In this document: positions 1 through 7,702 of the stretch, piece by piece | How the letters are laid out: the number at the start of each line of letters is the position of its first letter | How positions within the stretch are numbered: position 1 is the first letter of the stretch | DNA from: Promethearchaeota archaeon | Lineage (GTDB): Archaea > Asgardarchaeota > Lokiarchaeia > Sigyniarchaeales > SOKP01 | Assembly (NCBI GenBank): GCA_016930515.1 | Contig: JAFGGO010000004.1 | Location: forward strand, 1 to 10,288 | DNA: 10,288 bases | Reading direction: 5' to 3' | The notes under the pieces: model-generated | Databases searched by the model: none | Told to the model about the DNA's origin: nothing | The model's input: only the letters and a program-made list of their open reading frames with translations | Made by a program: the position numbers and the translations under genes

Positions 1-63
1 GAGCGTTAAATTCTTGGTTGTCCGTGATGGCGTCGTGGTCGATGCTCGCTGTTGTAACACCAC
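1..63 (-). CDS. 5' end of an unannotated gene running off the left edge (M(V)LQQRASTTTPSRTTKNLTL...); repeat-unit copy A, function unknown
   Basis: Minus strand reads GGTGGAG GTG GTG TTA CAA CAG..., an SD-like motif followed by GTG (start at 63 or 60). Bases 1-57 are identical to 1083-1139, which lie in the ATG-started ORF 984-1145 in the same frame. Confidence 0.6.
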   Translation of the reverse strand, partial: MVLQQRASTTTPSRTTKNLTL

Positions 64-81
64 CTCCACCAATAGAATGTT

Positions 82-111
82 TTGCCTTGTAGTACATTCC
101 TATCAAGGCAA
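82..111. repeat. Bulged palindrome TTGCCTTG-TAG-TACATTC-CTA-T-CAAGGCAA upstream of repeat-unit copy A
   Basis: 8-bp inverted repeat plus an inner TAG/CTA pair with one unpaired T. Homologous palindromes occur at 1166-1191 and 9089-9114. Confidence 0.8.
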
Positions 112-228
112 TTTAAAAAGAAGATCGGGTAATCGTATATATGTGATTGCATTTCGATAAGAATAATCGAGGAGTTTTTATACGCTGGAGCAAATTTATT
201 TATACATTTTTCTATTATATAATTAGAA

Positions 229-507
229 ATGACACAAAAAATTAACATAAAATTGCCTCACGATCTTCTCGAACTTACTGGTCTTACTTCTAAACGCTTG
301 GAAGAAAAGAGCCTTCTAATTTGGATTTTAGAACTCTATTCGGAAGGAAAAATTACCCTTTCAAAAGCAGCTAACTTGGTTAATATGAAAGTAGATGATT
401 TTTTATTGGAATTTCGGAAAAGACATCTCAAGCACATGGGAGGTCCAGAAACTGTCGAGGAACTTAAAGACGACTTTAATACCATTCAAGAATTAACCGA
501 AGACTAA
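229..507 (+). CDS. UPF0175 family HTH antitoxin
   Basis: 92 aa with the LELYSEGKITLSKAANLVNM motif typical of UPF0175. Directly upstream of a DUF3368-like PIN gene. TATA-like TTTATTTATA at 195-204. Confidence 0.85.
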   Translation: MTQKINIKLPHDLLELTGLTSKRLEEKSLLIWILELYSEGKITLSKAANLVNMKVDDFLLEFRKRHLKHMGGPETVEELKDDFNTIQELTED

Positions 508-515
508 GCAAGCCA

Positions 516-968
516 ATGATAATTCTCGATAATAGCGTTCTGAGCGCTTTTACTCGTCTTGGACTTCTCGATTCTTTAAAACATCTATTTTCTACCGCCA
601 TTATTTCACGAGATATCCTGAGCGAATATTCGCAGAAATGGAGGGACGCTATTCCCGAATGGATTCAAGTCGTGCAATCTGACCGTAAAATTTTCTTATC
701 CAATGTTCCCTCCTCAATGAGCTTAGCGGATGCTAGCGTGGTAAAATTAGCATTAAGATTACAAAAACCCATTGCTTCGGACGATAGACCTTTAAGAAAT
801 TACGCAAAAATGCTTGGAATCTCGGTTACTGGCTCTTTAGGGCTTTTAAACCTGTTATTTAAGAAAAAAATAATCCCAACCAGAGAAAAATATCTTTATT
901 ATTTGAATTTACTTCAAGAAGACGTATATATATCAGAAGAACACTTGAGATGGGCATTGGAAGAATAA
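516..968 (+). CDS. DUF3368-type PIN-domain (VapC-like) toxin
   Basis: N-terminal IILDNSVL, central SDDRPLRNYAKMLGISVTGSLGLL. This is the usual partner of UPF0175. Confidence 0.85.
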   Translation: MIILDNSVLSAFTRLGLLDSLKHLFSTAIISRDILSEYSQKWRDAIPEWIQVVQSDRKIFLSNVPSSMSLADASVVKLALRLQKPIASDDRPLRNYAKMLGISVTGSLGLLNLLFKKKIIPTREKYLYYLNLLQEDVYISEEHLRWALEE

Positions 969-983
969 AATAATACTATTAGA

Positions 984-1145
984 TTAAAATTCCTGCGTTT
1001 TCTGGCGCACGATCTTTCGCCGCTCGACGATCCCTACCTTGTTTTTCCGCAGCAGGTCCTCGAACTTTTCGGTAAACTCCTCGAGCGTTAAATTCTTGGT
1101 TGTCCGTGATGGCGTCGTGGTCGATGCTCGCTGTTGTAATATCAT
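984..1145 (-). CDS. 53-aa ORF MILQQRASTTTPSRTTKNLTLEEFTEKFEDLLRKNKVGIVERRKIVRQKTQEF (repeat-unit copy B); small protein or truncated 5' gene fragment
   Basis: Manual translation: ATG at 1145-1143, TAA at 986-984. Homologous to 1-63, 2181-2285 and 7081-7156, with mostly synonymous differences in this frame. Confidence 0.65.
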   Translation of the reverse strand: MILQQRASTTTPSRTTKNLTLEEFTEKFEDLLRKNKVGIVERRKIVRQKTQEF

Positions 1146-1165
1146 CTGAACCATTGTGTAGTAAG

Positions 1166-1191
1166 ACCTTGTAGTAGCGTTTTATCAAGGC
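1166..1191. repeat. Palindrome copy (A)CCTTG-TAGTAGCGTTTTAT-CAAGG(C) upstream of copy B
   Basis: Same arms as 84-109 and the same 36-nt distance from the conserved GATGCTC motif. Confidence 0.75.
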
Positions 1192-1302
1192 CAATTACAA
1201 TTGCCATTTAGAATAAATCCTCTGGAAAACTATATTTACATGCAGCACTTAACCAACAACATCAAATTCAATGATTTTAAAGAGCAATCTTTATTTCATG
1301 AA

Positions 1303-1791
1303 TTAATCTAGATGTTGCTGTTTCAAGAATGATTTAACTTCTTGTCTAAAATTCGATTGATTTGGATTTAAAACAGGAATGGACTCAAATTTTTCAAAAT
1401 CTTTATCAAAAGTGATAAAAACAGACGCTTTACTTTGGATTGCCGTTATTACATGTATGGCGTCTGCAGCATAGAGGTTGCGTTCAAAAATAATTGGACG
1501 AGCAGCCACGATGAAAGCCATTTTTACAGGAACCAAGATTATTTGTTTTTTTTGAGAATATTCCCCTATCTCGCTTAAAAATAAATTCAATGCAATTTGT
1601 GCATCTTTTTCTTCGATTCTATCGAGATTTACTTGTTTTTTAAATGCGCGAAACATCTCCACTATTGTCCACTCCGAAGTTAATCCTTGAAATTCTGATG
1701 ACAATTGATTAAGAATCCAATCCGCTTCAATTCTGTCTTCAATGGGGCAATACGCGTTATAAAATACATTTGTATCTAGATACATCACCAT
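1303..1791 (-). CDS. vapC: PIN-domain VapC-family toxin
   Basis: YLDTNVF, TSEWTIVEM, LYAADAIHVITA and FITFDKDF carry the conserved acidic PIN residues. Overlaps the upstream RHH gene by 1 nt (TAATG). Confidence 0.9.
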   Translation of the reverse strand: MVMYLDTNVFYNAYCPIEDRIEADWILNQLSSEFQGLTSEWTIVEMFRAFKKQVNLDRIEEKDAQIALNLFLSEIGEYSQKKQIILVPVKMAFIVAARPIIFERNLYAADAIHVITAIQSKASVFITFDKDFEKFESIPVLNPNQSNFRQEVKSFLKQQHLD

Positions 1792-2027
1792 TATTCTTCC
1801 TCGCGTACTGATCTTATCGCCTCAACACCACTTTGGAGGGGCTTTTTTTGTCTTTTTTCAAGAAAATCCCATAATTGTTCTCTTGATAGAATCCCAAGTT
1901 GTTCCCTAACATAGGAAAAAATACCGCCTCTCACAGCTTCGCTTCTGTTTTTGATAACTCCACTTTTTACAAGCTGATCTAACCATTCAACCAGTTCTTC
2001 GTCTAAGGAAATTGAAATTGTTGTCAT
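1791..2027 (-). CDS. Ribbon-helix-helix (CopG/NikR-like) antitoxin
   Basis: MTTISISLDEELVEWLDQLVKSGVIKNRSEAVR is a typical RHH pattern, and the gene is coupled to a PIN gene. Confidence 0.88.
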   Translation of the reverse strand: MTTISISLDEELVEWLDQLVKSGVIKNRSEAVRGGIFSYVREQLGILSREQLWDFLEKRQKKPLQSGVEAIRSVREEE

Positions 2028-2031
2028 ATAA

Positions 2032-2063
2032 GTAATTAATAGATAATTACAATTATATATTTT
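2032..2063 (-). promoter_or_regulatory. Putative autoregulatory operator (GTAATTA-N5-TAATTAC, 2032-2050) and TATA box of the RHH/PIN operon
   Basis: Perfect 7-bp inverted repeat between an AATATATAAT TATA-like element (about 2052-2061, minus strand) and the ATG at 2027. RHH antitoxins commonly autoregulate at such sites. Confidence 0.55.
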
Positions 2064-2180
2064 GTGATAGAAAATAAATGTTATCGTAATGACAATATTA
2101 TTTTAGAAATGAATGTCAAAAGCATCTATTTATCATTGTGATTTTAAATTAGTGATATCTGCAATCAATATTGATAAATA

Positions 2181-2285
2181 TTATAATTTTTTTCTCATGA
2201 TATTTACCCGCTCGACGATCCCTACCCTGTTCTTGCGGAGTAAATCCTCTAATTTTTCGATTAACTCTTTTAGATACTTGACCAT
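2181..2285 (-). repeat. Repeat-unit copy C (3' part only); reads MVKYLKELIEKLEDLLRKNRVGIVERVNIMRKKL, 34 aa
   Basis: CGCTCGACGATCCCTACC is identical to 1021-region sequence. About 48/59 nt match copy B by manual alignment. Begins 8 nt after the RelE/ParE terminal stop. Confidence 0.8.
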
Positions 2286-2293
2286 GTAAAAAT

Positions 2294-2569
2294 CTATAAT
2301 TTAACGATCCTACTTACATGAAAAACAATTAAGATCTCGATAAAATCTTTTTCAATCTCATACACAATTCTGTAATCCTTTTAAAAGAATTCTCTAAGTT
2401 TCTCTTCTTTTTTATCTGAAAACTTCCATCCCATGTATGGAAAGTCTTTAAGTTGCTCTATTTTTTTAAATATTTTTTTAACAAAACTCCTTGCTCTCTG
2501 GGGAGAATCTGTTGAAATATAGGAAGAAATGTTTTCAAGATCTTCCAAGGTTCTGGCTGAAAATCTCAC
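2294..2569 (-). pseudogene. RelE/ParE-family toxin with a premature TAA
   Basis: ORF ...QLKDFPYMG...LREFF stops at TAA 2381-2383, but the same frame continues KDYRIVYEIEKDFIEILIVFHVSRIVKL to TAG at 2294-2296, supplying the YRIVY...IxxxFH RelE/ParE C-terminus. Confidence 0.85.
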
Positions 2570-2751
2570 TTCAACCTTTTTTTCTTTCGATCCTTGGCAG
2601 TTTCAAGAGAAAAATGTTGTCCTTCTTTAATTTGTTGTCGTGCCCTTTCGATTTTATCGTTTATATATAACTTATAGGCAATTTCTTCTATGCATAAATC
2701 TTCTGGTAATTCCCGAATAAAATAAATGGCGGTTTCTTTAGTTGAAGGCAT
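2566..2751 (-). CDS. Small putative antitoxin of the RelE/ParE module
   Basis: 61 aa (IRELPEDLCIEEIAYKLYINDKIERARQQIKEG) resembling short antitoxins found upstream of parE/relE genes. Overlaps the toxin start by 4 nt. Confidence 0.75.
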   Translation of the reverse strand: MPSTKETAIYFIRELPEDLCIEEIAYKLYINDKIERARQQIKEGQHFSLETAKDRKKKRLK

Positions 2752-2945
2752 GTGATTTAAAAGGAACTTTAATAATTAAAATTTTAATCATCTCAAGCAA
2801 AATCAGAAATTTACCTATAAAAACAACGATGTTAACAATTTTTCTTTTTGTAATAAGTATACTTGAAGGATGGCGTTATTAACTCTCAGAATTAAGGATT
2901 TTTTAGATTAAATATATTATTAATAAATGAAAAGAATTTTATTTT

Positions 2946-4466
2946 TTGATTGCATATGTTATTACGAACTTACTATTTCAATTTTTAAAGATTCGAGCGC
3001 GAACGCAGTTGCAAGGAAAAATAAAGAAGGACTCTAGCATTTTAATCGTTGGAATAGGCGCGTCGGCAGGTGGTTTAGAATCATTTAAAAAGTTCTTTTC
3101 TAATGTACCCGTTGATAGTGGGATGGCTTTTGTATTGGTACCTCACTTGGATCCCACTCGAGAAAGCATTTTGACAGACTTGATAATGGAATATACCTCA
3201 ATGAACGCGTTTCAGGCAGTTGATGATATGAAAATCGAACCAAATACGATTTACATCATACCTCCTAATGCAAATATGACTCTTGCTAACGGTCGCCTTA
3301 AGCTTTCTCCTCCTACAGCGCCTCGGGGTTTAAGAACGCCTATAGATCACTTTTTCAGGTCCCTTGCGAAAGAACAAGGCGATCTATCGATTTGCGTTCT
3401 ATTTTCAGGCACGGGAACGGACGGTACTCTTGGAATACGGGAGATAAACGGCGTTGGAGGGATGGTAATTGTTCAAGATCCCAGCTCTGCAGAATACGAT
3501 GGCATGCTTAAGAGCGCCATACAAAACGCCTTGGTTGATTATGTGGTGCCACCAAGCGAAATGGCCGAAAAACTTGTTAGTTACGTTCAAAAAAGGCAAA
3601 ATGTGAAAAAAAAGGAATACAAAATAGACACGCCAAGCGTTATGAATTCTATAAAGGATTTATTAGATCTATTAAGAGACCAGACGGGACACGATTTCAC
3701 ATCGTACAAGGAAAATACCCTGCTCAGGCGGATGGAAAGAAGGCTAACCATAAACCAGTTGCATGCCTTTCCCGATTATATTGAACTCGTTAAAAAAAAC
3801 AAAAAAGAGTTAGACATTCTTTTCAAGGAACTTTTAATTGGCGTGACGAATTTCTTTCGAGATAGAGAAGCATTTGACCTCTTGGAAGAAAAAGTCTTGC
3901 CAACGCTTTTTAAGGGCGATTTAGCGAATAAACCATTGAGAATATGGGTTCCAGGCTGTTCAACCGGTGAAGAAGCCTATTCAATTGCCATTTTAGTTCA
4001 CGAGTTTTTAGAGAAAAGCGGAAAAAAAAAAAAAATTCAGATATTCGCATCCGATATCGACGAAACATCAATGGAAAGGGCTCGCACGGGAGTCTATCCT
4101 GACAATATTGCTGCCGATGTTCCAAGCCTCCTCCTCAAGAAATATTTCAAAGCGGAAGGTAATTACTATAAAATCAAGAAAAATATTCGAGAGTGCATCA
4201 TATTTGCGGTTCACGATGTTTTAAGCGACCCTCCTTTTTCAAAAATGGACTTGATCAGTTGCAGGAACCTCCTAATATATTTGAAACCGGCGATTCAAAA
4301 CGACTTGATGGTGTTGTTTCACTACGCCTTGAATCCAAAAGGGTACATGCTACTTGGCAATTCAGAAACGATAACTGGCAGTTCTAATTTGTTTTTATGC
4401 ATTAACCCAAAATGGAAGTTGTTTCAGCGAAACGACGCGACGCCCGCGATATTGAACATCTCGTGA
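2946..4466 (+). CDS. cheBR: CheB methylesterase-CheR methyltransferase fusion (N-terminal part of a CheB-CheR-PAS-kinase gene); true start may be TTG at 3009
   Basis: CheB motifs GASAGG, PHL and SGTGTDG. CheR motifs IGVTNFFRD, WVPGCSTGEEAYS, ASDID, DLISCRNLLIY and LLGNSE. Confidence 0.92.
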   Translation: MIAYVITNLLFQFLKIRARTQLQGKIKKDSSILIVGIGASAGGLESFKKFFSNVPVDSGMAFVLVPHLDPTRESILTDLIMEYTSMNAFQAVDDMKIEPNTIYIIPPNANMTLANGRLKLSPPTAPRGLRTPIDHFFRSLAKEQGDLSICVLFSGTGTDGTLGIREINGVGGMVIVQDPSSAEYDGMLKSAIQNALVDYVVPPSEMAEKLVSYVQKRQNVKKKEYKIDTPSVMNSIKDLLDLLRDQTGHDFTSYKENTLLRRMERRLTINQLHAFPDYIELVKKNKKELDILFKELLIGVTNFFRDREAFDLLEEKVLPTLFKGDLANKPLRIWVPGCSTGEEAYSIAILVHEFLEKSGKKKKIQIFASDIDETSMERARTGVYPDNIAADVPSLLLKKYFKAEGNYYKIKKNIRECIIFAVHDVLSDPPFSKMDLISCRNLLIYLKPAIQNDLMVLFHYALNPKGYMLLGNSETITGSSNLFLCINPKWKLFQRNDATPAILNIS

Positions 4467-4478
4467 CCCTTTCCTCCT

Positions 4479-6656
4479 TTGAAGAATAATGGATATAAAG
4501 GGCAAATAATAAATGCTCCTGCGAAAATCAAGACCACTAACATTCGCGGTATGATGGAAAAGATTTTACTTGACAATTACTCTCCTCCCTCGGTCGTCGT
4601 AGATAATACGGGGACGATTCATTACATTCACGGTAAAGTAGGCGAATTTCTGGACTTTCCCGAAGGGGAAGCAAAAATGAACATTCACGCAATGGTAAAA
4701 AAAGGATTGAAATTGAAAGTATCTGCGGCAATTCGGGAAGTAATTAAAGGAAACACGAAAATACACTACGAAAACTTGCCCCTGAGTTTAAATGGTAAGA
4801 ACAAGATGCACTTCAATTTATCGTGCATACCCGTAGGAGAACCCCAATCCATGAGTGGATTAATCATCGTTTCTTTTGAAAAAGTAATCGCTGAGGAGAA
4901 AAAGGCAAAAGCGATTGAATTGAAAAATGATTCCAACAAAAGCAATAATATTAAACTAATAGAATTGGAAGAAGAGCTTCATTCGACGAGACTACACCTT
5001 CAAACAACCATCGAAGAGTTGGAGGTCACAAACGAAGAATTGCAAAGCACGAATGAAGAATTACAATCGTCAAACGAGGAGTTGCAAAGCACCAACGAGG
5101 AGCTCCAAACTTCTAAAGAAGAACTTCAATCCGTTAACGAAGAATTAACCACCGTGAATAACGAATTAGAGTCCAAGATTACCGAGTTGCGAAAAGTTAA
5201 CGACGATATGAATAACTTGATGGTAAGCTCCAAAACAGCCACGTTATTCCTGGATAACGACTTACTCATTAAAAGGTTCACTCCCGCTTGCAAAACGATG
5301 CTAAATCTAATCGATAAGGATGTTGGACGCTCGATCAAGCACATCTCAACCAACTTGCTCTACGATAATATGATCACCGACGCTGAGGAGGTTCTTAAAA
5401 CGCTCGTACCGAAGGATGTTGACGTTCAGATACAAAATAGCGGTTGGTTTAACATGAGGATTGTTCCCTACAGAACGATTAATAACGAGATAAAAGGAGC
5501 GGTTATCACCTTTTTTAACATTACCGAGAGGTATATAGCAGAAAGAGAAAAGGTAAAATCCCTATTATTTTTAGACAGCATGGTGGAAACCACGAGAACC
5601 CCGCTCGTTGTTCTCGATAATAATCTTAAAATCGTCCGGACAAATAAGGCATTTCTTAGCATGTTTAATACAACAAGCGAAAAAACAACCGGTAAGTATT
5701 TTCAAGACCTCGGAAATCGGCAATGGAACATTCCTCAACTCAACGATTTGTTAGAAAAAGTCGCTTCTAGGCATTCATCTTTCTTCGATTACCAGGTTGA
5801 GCACGCTTTCGAAAAGCTGGGAACAAGAATTATGATATTAAACGCGTCTGAATTAAAGATAGACGAAGAAAACGCGATGATCCTCTTGAGTATTGAAGAC
5901 ATCACATTTCAAAAGAATTATGAGAGAGACTTAATTGAATCCAAGACTAAAACTGAAGATGCCCTCAATAGAGCCACGTTTTTTAAGGATTTGCTCACTC
6001 ACGATGTGAACAACATCCTTCAAGTGCTGCTAGCAAGCAGCGAAATGATTTCAAAATTTTACGATGTATCAAATGGCCTGGAAAAAATAAAGGAACTCAA
6101 CTCCATCAACCTAGAACAACTCATAAAGGCAAAAATTTTAGTACACAACATTCAGGTAATTTCCAAGCTTGACGAGGAGAAGAAAAACATCCATCCTCTT
6201 GAAATCGTGGGAATCGTAAAGAACGCAATTATTGACCTCAAAAACGCTTATAAGGAGAAAAACATCGTCACGAACATCCAAAGCGTTAATGAAAAGGAAT
6301 CCGTTATGGCAGACGAATTAATCAAGGACGCTATCGAGAATGTCCTCTTGAACGCCGTCAAGCACAACGACAAGGAGAACATCGCTATTACCGTTCAAAT
6401 CTCAAGAGAGAAGGCAGATTCTGCGAGCTATGTCAAGCTAGAATTCATCGATAACGGACCTGGAATAGATGATGATAAAAAAACCGATATTTTCGAAAAA
6501 AAAACCCGGGAGTCATTAAAAGGATTAGGAATTGGATTATCCATTGTTAAAAATATTATTGAGCGATACGACGGAAAAATTTTCGTTAAAAATCGCGAAA
6601 AAAACAACCATAAAAAAGGATGTAATTTCGTCATGTTAATACCTCAGGTGATATAA
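4479..6656 (+). CDS. PAS / coiled-coil / PAS-PAS sensor histidine kinase; same-frame continuation of cheBR
   Basis: NEELQST heptad coiled coil typical of CheBR fusions, PAS segments, H box THDVNN, N box ENVLLNAVKH, G1 DNGPGI and G2 GLGIGL. Same frame as 2946-4466, separated only by TGA at 4464-4466. Confidence 0.9.
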   Translation: MKNNGYKGQIINAPAKIKTTNIRGMMEKILLDNYSPPSVVVDNTGTIHYIHGKVGEFLDFPEGEAKMNIHAMVKKGLKLKVSAAIREVIKGNTKIHYENLPLSLNGKNKMHFNLSCIPVGEPQSMSGLIIVSFEKVIAEEKKAKAIELKNDSNKSNNIKLIELEEELHSTRLHLQTTIEELEVTNEELQSTNEELQSSNEELQSTNEELQTSKEELQSVNEELTTVNNELESKITELRKVNDDMNNLMVSSKTATLFLDNDLLIKRFTPACKTMLNLIDKDVGRSIKHISTNLLYDNMITDAEEVLKTLVPKDVDVQIQNSGWFNMRIVPYRTINNEIKGAVITFFNITERYIAEREKVKSLLFLDSMVETTRTPLVVLDNNLKIVRTNKAFLSMFNTTSEKTTGKYFQDLGNRQWNIPQLNDLLEKVASRHSSFFDYQVEHAFEKLGTRIMILNASELKIDEENAMILLSIEDITFQKNYERDLIESKTKTEDALNRATFFKDLLTHDVNNILQVLLASSEMISKFYDVSNGLEKIKELNSINLEQLIKAKILVHNIQVISKLDEEKKNIHPLEIVGIVKNAIIDLKNAYKEKNIVTNIQSVNEKESVMADELIKDAIENVLLNAVKHNDKENIAITVQISREKADSASYVKLEFIDNGPGIDDDKKTDIFEKKTRESLKGLGIGLSIVKNIIERYDGKIFVKNREKNNHKKGCNFVMLIPQVI
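5020..5170 (+). repeat. Degenerate 21-nt tandem repeats encoding (N/K)EELQ(S/T)x heptads
   Basis: Protein segment TNEELQSTNEELQSSNEELQSTNEELQTSKEELQSVNEELTTVNNEL. Confidence 0.85.
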
Positions 6657-6657
6657 A

Positions 6658-7023
6658 ATTCCAAGCGTTTTTTTAGTAGAAGATAACAAGGACCTCTTGT
6701 TTACATTCGAACTCACGCTTCAATTCCACCATTTTCAGATCTTAGGAAAGGCGGTAGACGGAGAGGAGGCGATTCAAAAATTTGCTAGTTTTTCCGAAAA
6801 ACCAGATGTAATTGTAATAGATCATCGTGTACCAAAAAAAAATGGCATCGAAATCATGAACGAAATATTAAAAATAGACAATTTCGCAAAAATTATATTC
6901 GTTAGCGCTGATTTTAGCGTAAAGGAAGAAGCCTTGCTCAAGGGAGCGTTTAGCTTTTTAATTAAACCAATTACTCAAGAAGAATTATTATTTGAAATCA
7001 ATAACGCATTAGAAAATGCTTAA
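6658..7023 (+). CDS. Single-domain (CheY-like) response regulator; the apparent start codon is ATT
   Basis: The frame extends upstream of the called TTG (6697) as IPSVFLVEDNKDL, supplying the acidic pocket. Phospho-acceptor in VIVIDHR, plus FVSAD and FLIKP. SD-like AGGTGAT at 6646-6652. Confidence 0.85.
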   Translation: MPSVFLVEDNKDLLFTFELTLQFHHFQILGKAVDGEEAIQKFASFSEKPDVIVIDHRVPKKNGIEIMNEILKIDNFAKIIFVSADFSVKEEALLKGAFSFLIKPITQEELLFEINNALENA

Positions 7024-7080
7024 GGTTACATCTAAAATCGAAGTTTCGTTATTTTTAACATCGAAAAATGAATGATTTAA

Positions 7081-7156
7081 ACGATAATCGCCACTTTTTC
7101 GCAATATATCCCCGAGCTTTTCGGTAAATTCTTCGAGCATCAGGTTCTTGATATAT
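7081..7156 (-). repeat. Repeat-unit copy D (3' part, decayed): ...IKNLMLEEFTEKLGDILRK...
   Basis: 32/40 nt match copy B (1061-1100 vs 7113-7152) by manual alignment. Starts immediately after the DUF5615 stop codon. Confidence 0.75.
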
Positions 7157-7158
7157 TT

Positions 7159-7509
7159 TTATCTAATTCGAATGTTGTTTTCTGAAATAATGATTAGTTT
7201 ATTTCGATATTTATCTTGCTTTAAATCTATTTTGTTGAGCGCATTTTCTAAAAGCGTATTTGTTGCCTTTGGATGAGGCGATAGGACTTGAAGCACGATG
7301 ATCAATGGTGGCGTTCACTGAAAAAAGCGATAAAGCACGCCAAATCCTCTGTCGTGAGTCAAGATAGGCAACTTTTTTAAGACAGCGTACTCGAAAATTC
7401 TCGTCTTCAATTCCTGCCTGTAAAACATCTTCGATTTTAACAACTTTAAATCCCACTTTAATCAAACACGAAATTGTTGATTTAGACATTCGTCAACAAT
7501 TATTTCCAT
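7159..7509 (-). pseudogene. DUF5615 / VapC45-like PIN toxin pseudogene
   Basis: Reconstructed as MEIIVDEC/KSTISCLIKVGFKV...AGIEDE/IFEYAVLKKLPILTHDRGFG...FFQ*TPPLIIVLQV...LIIISENNIRIR. It has two frameshifts (about 7485 and 7399) and an in-frame TGA, and lies downstream of DUF433, its usual partner. Confidence 0.8.
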
Positions 7510-7552
7510 CGACATCCCATTAAATGATTCGTTAAGTGTTAATTATTTCTTC

Positions 7553-7688
7553 TTAGGGATGATCCATGATATAGGCGGAATAGTCTAAAACCGGCCCTTA
7601 TATCTTCGTCCGTAATTCGTGGATATTCCTGAGTGATTTCTTGAAAAGAAGCACCATCTCTTAACATCGTTAAAATTATGGATAACGC
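7553..7688 (-). pseudogene. C-terminal half of a DUF433 antitoxin
   Basis: ALSIILTMLRDGASFQEITQEYPRITDEDIRA/VLDYSAYIMDHP, with a frameshift near 7591. Matches the DUF433 pattern G.S..EI...YP.LT.EDI.A.L.Y. Confidence 0.85.
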
Positions 7689-7702
7689 ATATGCATATTA
7701 TG

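Noticed and set aside
41-109. CRISPR-like repeat/spacer reading (about 36 nt of variable sequence between conserved motifs)
   Set aside because: The variable segments are alignable homologous leaders, the copies are kilobases apart, and there is no tandem array or cas gene.
984-1191. Repeats as integron attC sites (GTTAAAT at 4-10 and 1086-1092 fits GTTRRRY)
   Set aside because: I found no complementary RYYYAAC box or long attC-type stem upstream, the motif is not kept in copies C and D, and divergence follows codon structure.
979-1194. 71-aa ORF from the track (and ORF 6-248)
   Set aside because: These are alternative frames over the repeat unit. Silent-site conservation supports the 984-1145 frame instead.
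2865-2890. Possible 5' half of repeat copy C upstream of the RelE module (GATGGCGT...AACTCTCA)
   Set aside because: Only two 8-nt matches, to different copies, and no palindrome. Too weak to call without a profile alignment.
3405-6634. Short antisense or alternative-frame ORFs inside cheBR and the kinase (also 8461-8971, 9041-9259, 9543-9936)
   Set aside because: Shadow ORFs overlapping well-supported genes or repeats, with no recognisable motifs.
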